The notes under the pieces were generated by a model, which saw only the letters and a program-made list of their open reading frames with translations, had not been told where the DNA came from and searched no databases. Source: Macrostomum lignano (lineage: Eukaryota). Taken from it: DNA of 64,000 nucleotides. The translations under genes were made by a program, and so were the position numbers. The stretch lies in the NCBI GenBank assembly GCA_002269645.1, contig NIVC01001574.1, positions 1-64,000 on the forward strand, in the 5' to 3' direction. The number at the start of each line of letters is the position of its first letter. Positions within the stretch are counted from its first letter, which is position 1. Of the stretch, positions 58,901 to 64,000 are shown piece after piece.

Positions 58901-60439
58901 AACAAGGTGTCCCTAAGGTGGATCCCCGGGCATTCGGGCCACCCCGGCAACGAGCTGGCCGATCGCCTGGCCAAGGCTGGCTCGACGGGTTCTTTTACTG
59001 GTCCCCTGCCCGTGGCCCCCACCCCCATCGCCGTTGTCACCACTCGGATCAACCAGTGGGTGGCTTCTAAGCACAGGGAGAGGTGGGCTAACGCCCCGAC
59101 TGCCGGCAATCCCGCGCGGCTGTCCCCTGTCCCTCCCCGCCCTACGCAGGGCCCTGCTTGGACTCAACCGCAGGGACATCAGGGCGGTTACCATGGCCCT
59201 CTCGGGTCATGGCTGCTTTGCCAGGCATCGTTACCTCCAGGAGAAAATCCGCAGTGAGGAATGCCCTTTCTGCCTCTCCGGTGTCGAGAATGCGGAGCAC
59301 TTCATCTGTGAATGCCCCGCCTTCACTCAGGACAGGCTCACCTACCTCGGCCCAAACCCGGACCTCTCCGACGTTTTCAGGCCCGAGAATCTCTGCCAGC
59401 TCTTTCGCTACCTAAGGGCTACCGGGCGAGCGACAATCCACCTCCTGGACTCTCCGGAGGGGGACCGCGCTGCGGACGCCGGCGCCACCGGAACTCCCTG
59501 CGCGACACCGCAGCACTAGCTGCCCGTGGTCGCCAGGGGTTAGCGAAATGGGCGGCAACGCTTCCTCGCTGTTTCCGGACGCACGGAGCCCCCTGCAGCT
59601 AAGTCTAAGTAAGTCTGGGTGAGTCTGGATGAGAGTCTAGGTGAGTCTGGATGAGAGTCAAGGTGAGTCTGGGTGAGAGGCTAGGTGAGTCTGAATGCGA
59701 GTCTAGGTGAGTCTGGATGAGAGTCTGGGTGAGTCTGAATGAGAGTCAAGGTGAGTCTGAATGAGAGTCTAGGTGAGTCTGAATGAGAGTCTAGGTGAGT
59801 CTGAATGAGAGTCTAGGTGAGTCTGAATGAGAGTCAAGGTGAGTCTAGGTGAGTCTGGGTGAGTCTGGATGAGAGTCTAGGTGAGTCTGAATGAGAGTCA
59901 AGGTGAGTCTGAATGAGAGTCTAGGTGAGTCTGGGTGAGAGTCTAAATGAGTCTGGGTGAGAGTCTAGGTGACAGTCTAGGTGAGTCTGGGTGAGAGTCT
60001 AGGTGAGTCTGGGTGAGAGTCTAGGTGAGTCTGGGTGAGAGGCTAGGTGACAGTCTAGGTGAGTCTGGGTAAGTCTAGGTGACTCTGGGTGAGTATAGGT
60101 GAGTCTGGGTAAGTCTAGGTGAGAGTATAGGTGAGTCTGGGTGAGTCTAGGTGAGAGTATAGGTGAATCTGGGTGTCTAGGTGAGTCTAGGTGAGTCTAG
60201 GTGAGTCTGGGCGGAGAATCCGGGGCTCTCACCTCGCCGCTACTGGAGGTCATCTCGGCCACCTTGTCATCCGAGTCCAGCAGCTTCTGCAGCTCCTCCT
60301 TGTCCATGCGCTTCAGCTGAGCCAGGAGGCTGTCGAGGCCGCTGCCACCGCCGCAAGCAACAGCTCCAACTTCGTAGGCAGGCGGCGGCTGCTGCTGGGA
60401 CTGGGGCTGACCACCGTACAGACTGTAGTTCGGGTACAT
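52916..60439 (-). CDS. VPS37: ESCRT-I subunit VPS37 (Mod(r) domain), 196 aa. Exons 60233-60439 and 52916-53299
   Basis: [22 protein letters not shown]|LQQL...[17 protein letters not shown]...[47 protein letters not shown]. Phase-0 GT/AG. Confidence 0.88.
54309..55778 (+). CDS. LINE ORF1 (gag-like, 489 aa)
   Basis: Long intact ORF just upstream of ORF2, with a basic low-complexity N-terminus and a central globular region resembling LOA-type ORF1 (DUF4780-like; from memory, not searched). Confidence 0.8.
   Translation: MEYSFTSDTSEAAGAPTEVGTAAQPDIRNTGTPGASQSAAAAAQDNTGVAGQDSGPQISKKKARSIARYKAFLQRKAEERRNAKAAPPATSEEGAGNYANPAEETTSDKGVDPARRSDASGAAEAPGTAGPSRDRTSARVEAPTAVEGSKAGGAGQTTKPKRTYAAMAKRQPALVIQGQETPLTAEQLDLIWRRLDSHLVKMALSGTTIRVQKTKVEDQALYIQPTDSQSGQQLLELLKTFDWGTELENLFIYREDERPRTHRHRAWIPARSCITKADELRHLLVASNPELPANGVVVHETISKPGGDGFTAILGLSDSWMLRYPDMSIISVGLLQIQLFSFESDATRPPPPEKRKRAVGGSAGRKRPGKEAPGRHDPSEDVDPVRGKAAKAAATGGRGKGRKPARNTIRSGLTQRAKQLLDTAKAPNRSHPQPSVTTAAPPENRAESENAAQVATSPSTMESIREEPMELEPGAIGEAEEAALLHNSP
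55775..59520 (+). pseudogene. LINE ORF2 (APE-RT-RNase H-CCHC), disrupted after 58140
   Basis: [24 protein letters not shown]; [36 protein letters not shown]; [30 protein letters not shown]; [14 protein letters not shown]. Frameshifts and in-frame stops at ~58404 and ~58722. Confidence 0.9.
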
Positions 60440-60484
60440 GGCTGCGGGCTGGGTGTCGGAGTGGCTGCAGGTGCTGACAGATCT

Positions 60485-61525
60485 TCAGGGTGCTGACCCA
60501 CTGCATATCCAGGGTGCTGACCCACTGCGTCTCCAGGGTGCTGACCCACTGAATATCCAGGGTGCTGACCCACTGAATCTCAGGGTGCTGACCCACCGAA
60601 TCTCCAGGGTGCTGACCCACTGCGTCTCCAGGGTGCTGACCCACTGAATATCCAGGGTGCTGACCCACTGAATATCTAGGGTGCTGACCCACTGAATATC
60701 CAGGGTGCTGACCCACTGAATATCCAGGTTGCTAACCCACTGCATATCCATCCAGGTTGCTGACCCACTGAATATCCAGGTTGCTGACCCACCGAATCTC
60801 CAGGGTGCTGACCCCCTGCGTCTCCAGTGTGCTGACCCACTGAATCTCAAGGGTGCTGACCAACTGCGTCTCCAGGGTGCTGACCCACTGAATATCCAGG
60901 GTGCTGACCCACTGAATATCCAGGGTGCTGATCCACTGCATATCCAGGTTGCTGACCCACTGCGTCTCCAGGGTGCTGACCCACTGAATATCCAGGTTGC
61001 TAACCCACTGCATATCCATCCAGGTTGCTGACCCACTGAATATCCAGGTTGCTGACCCACTGAATATCCAGGTTGCTGACCCACTGAATATCCAGGTTGC
61101 TGACCCACTGAATATCCAGGTTGCTGACCCACTGAATATCCAGGGTGCTGACCCACTGAATATCCAGGGTGTTGACCCACTGAATATCCAGGGTGCTGAC
61201 CCACTGAATATCCAGGGTGTTGACCCACTGAATATCCAGGGTGCTGACCCACTGAATATCCAGGGTGCTGACCCACTGAATATCCAGGGTGCTGACCCAC
61301 TGAATATCCAGGGTGCTGACCCACTGAATATCCAGGGTGCTGACCCACTGAATATCCAGGGTGTTGACCCACTGAATATCCAGGGTGCTGACCCACTGAA
61401 TATCCAGGGTGCTGACCCACTGAATATCCAGGGTGTTGACCCACTGAATATCCAGGGTGCTGACCCACTGAATATCCAGGGTGCTGACCCACTGAATATC
61501 CAGGGTGCTGACCCACCGAATCTCT
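60485..61525. repeat. 24-bp minisatellite upstream of the VPS37 ATG
   Basis: Unit ccagggtgctgacccactgaatat. Confidence 0.96.
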
Positions 61526-61934
61526 AAGGGAGTCAATTAGTAAAATAGCCGAACGAAAACGGGAGTGAAAATTGAATCAAAAGCGGTAAATATCGATGAA
61601 GATTGACAAATACGAAAACATTGCATGGCAGCTACGAGAGGCCCGCGGCTGAGTGGAATGGACAGAACAATGAAATTTGAAAAACTTTATTAATTTTTAA
61701 TATGACAGCGTCAAAAGTTTGAATTGCCACACTACTAATAAGTAGTATTTTAAATACAGGAAAGAAATCATGATTTATGATAGGACAAAAACTGGGCACC
61801 TGAACCTTCTGCGACATGATCTCAAGCAATTAGGCAATATTTTTATTTTATGGATTTATTGATTAAATCTCGAGTCCGTCGGCGCTCGAACCCGACGACC
61901 TACACTCAGTTTGGCACAAACGGACCCAAATAAT

Positions 61935-62310
61935 ATTGGGGATGATTTGGGAGGTTGCGAGGATTCGAAAAGTTTCGGGGATTCGGGAATTTGTGGGGAT
62001 TTGGGAAGTTTCGGGGATTTAGGAAGTTTTGAGGATTTGGGAATTTGTGGGGATTTGGGAATTTGTGAGGATTTGGGAATTTGTGGGGATTTAGGAAGTT
62101 TCGGGGATTTAAGGAGTTTTGGGGATTTGGGAAGTTTTAAGGATTTGGGGAGTTTTGGGGGATTTGGGAAGTTTTGAGGATTTGGGAATTTGTGAGGATT
62201 TGGGAATTTGTGGGGATTTAGGAAGTTTCGGGGATTTAAGGAGTTTTGGGGATTTGGGAAGTTTTAAGGATTTGGGGAGTTTTGGGGGATTTGGGAAGTT
62301 TCGAGGCATT
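61935..62310. repeat. ~18-bp tandem repeat
   Basis: gggaatttgtggggattt / ggaagttttggggattt units. Confidence 0.9.
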
Positions 62311-62430
62311 TTGGAAATCATAGGATTATGAAAGCAACCATCAGTAACAAAGAAAATAGGCAAACGGCGAGAGCAACTATTTCCGTACTTTGTACACAAA
62401 GTGCCTCGTCATCTGAACAGTACTGACAGG

Positions 62431-63634
62431 TCATTTACTTTTGCCAGCAGCCGATGCGGCGGCAGGGGAGGGCAGGACGAAGACGCACTGCTCGGAGCCA
62501 AATGGCGAGTTGGCCTTGCTAGTGTGAATGATGGAGGGCAGCTGGAAGCCGGGCTCGTGCAGGCAAGACCGCTTCACAGCAATCGGGAGGCCGGCCTTGG
62601 CCGCTGCCTCCAGGGACTTGCCACCGAACAGGTTGCGAAAGCTGTCGTCGAGGATCCTGGGATTGGATTCAACAGAACGCAGGTCCTCGCTCATGATGAA
62701 CATGGGGATGGTGCTCGGCCGCTCGTGGCTGAAGCGACACGTGTTCAGGTGAGCCTGGGATCGAATCGGACGCGAGTGGGCGAGTTAATTTACATACGAT
62801 TCACGCGCATTCACACAGGATTTACGCGCATTCACACAGGATTCACGTGCATTCACGCAGGATTCACGCGCATTCAGACAGGATTCACGCGCATTCATAC
62901 AGGATTCACGCGCATTCACACAGGATTCACGTGTATTCACAAAGAATTCACACGCATTCACACAGGATTCACGTGCATTCACACAGGATTCACGCGCATT
63001 CACACAGGATTCACACGCATTCACACAGGATTCACGCGCACTTAAACAGGATTCATGCGCATTCACACAGGATTCACGCGCATTCACACATGATTCACGC
63101 GCATTCACACATGATTCACGCGCATTCACACATGATTCACGCGCATTCACACGAATATTCACTAATCTAATTGACATGCGCAGCGAGTTCACACAGAGTC
63201 AAGTGAATTTAATATATAATAATCTTTATCTTCACGCATTCACAGTGAATTCGTAAATTTTGAACACTCGCCTGTCCACTTGTCGAGCTGCCCACAGTTC
63301 CCAGCACCAGATGAGGCAGAGTTGGCAAGCTGCTGAGATCCCTAGGCGCCTTGGCATAGGCCATGTCATCGGCCTGGCTAAACTGAGTGCCCAGATGCTC
63401 GGCGAACGCGGCCCAACGCCGGATGTCCTGCAGCCGGTGGCAGTGCGGCCGGTGCCGCTGCCAGTCGCTCCGCTGGCAGTCGCGGCCGCAGTACCAGACG
63501 CCGCTGCAGCCGCCGCAGCGCTTGCACTCGGCTGGCCGGCGGCACAGGTGGCAGGGCAGCTCGGAGGGCAGCCGCAGCGCCGCCGCAATGGACGAGCCGT
63601 CCCCACTGGCCGCTGCCGAACTCTCGGAGGCCAT
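62431..63634 (-). CDS. MYND zinc-finger protein. Exons 63272-63634 and 62431-62754; 3' end uncertain
   Basis: CHLC...KRCGGCSGVWYCGRDCQRSDWQRHRPHC (MYND). In-frame join via CAG|GCGAGT (63271) and CCCAG| (62755). Confidence 0.72.
62795..63150. repeat. 21-bp intronic tandem repeat
   Basis: Unit attcacacaggattcacgcgc. Confidence 0.95.
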
Positions 63635-63804
63635 GCGACCTGCGGCACAAGTTCTCAAGTACGAATCTGCTCTAAGTGCGCCGCTGAGATGTGTCTAATC
63701 CGCACTCTTTCTCACCTGGAATTACAGATCCATTTGGAGCTACTCAATGGGCTGCTTAGGGGTGCTGATTTTTTTTAAATGGGGGTCAATGAGGATCAAT
63801 AGAT

Positions 63805-64000
63805 TCTTCTGTGACTGTCTGTGACAAACCACATGTGACTGTCAGTGACAAGCCCCATGTGACTGTCAGTGACAAACCTCATCATGTGACTGTCTGTGAC
63901 AAACCTCATCATGTGACTGTCTGTGACAAACCCTATGTGACTGTCAGTGACAAACCCTATGTGACTGTCAGTGACAAACCCTATGTGACTGTCAGTGACA
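63805..64000. repeat. ~23-bp tandem repeat running off the window
   Basis: tgtgactgtcagtgacaaaccc(t/c)a units. Confidence 0.9.

Larger units (their letters stand above)
53704..59611 (+). mobile_element. Near full-length non-LTR retrotransposon with RNase H (LOA/R1-group)
   Basis: ORF1, then ORF2 with APE, RT, RNase H and a CCHC knuckle. The 3' tail is taagtctaagta. Candidate 16-bp TSD agtctgggtgagtctg (53688-53703, 59612-59627). Confidence 0.92.
53335..60210. repeat. ~22-bp minisatellite in the VPS37 intron, split by a LINE (53335-53703 and 59612-60210)
   Basis: Unit gagagtctaggtgagtctgggt on both sides of the LINE. Confidence 0.93.

Overview
Eukaryotic (animal) genomic DNA with GT-AG spliced genes, and most long introns filled by their own minisatellite. 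The repeat and RTE landscape suggests a free-living flatworm such as Macrostomum, but this is inference only. Genes, left to right: SNIP1 (+); a claudin/PMP22-like 4-TM gene (+); an RGS3-like C2-PDZ-PH gene that stops before any RGS domain (+); two UPF0764/C16orf89-like paralogues (+); a ~1,678-aa secreted MACPF protein with a glycine-zipper insert, Cys-rich repeats and two 8-Cys kringles (+); a secreted fibrinogen-related protein (+); two tandem ~77-aa secreted peptide precursors (-); VPS37 (-); and a MYND-finger gene (-). Mobile DNA: a mariner relic, a non-autonomous hAT nested in an RTE LINE, further RTE fragments, a THAP/P-element relic, a near full-length RNase H-bearing LOA/R1-type LINE, a MITE and a tRNA-derived SINE family. 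The most interesting signal is the ~22-51 kb block of secreted putative defence/effector genes, especially the MACPF-kringle protein and the paired acidic-propiece/cationic Pro-Arg-Tyr peptide precursors. All gene models were spliced by eye from GT/AG sites and reading-frame continuity. No database searches were run.
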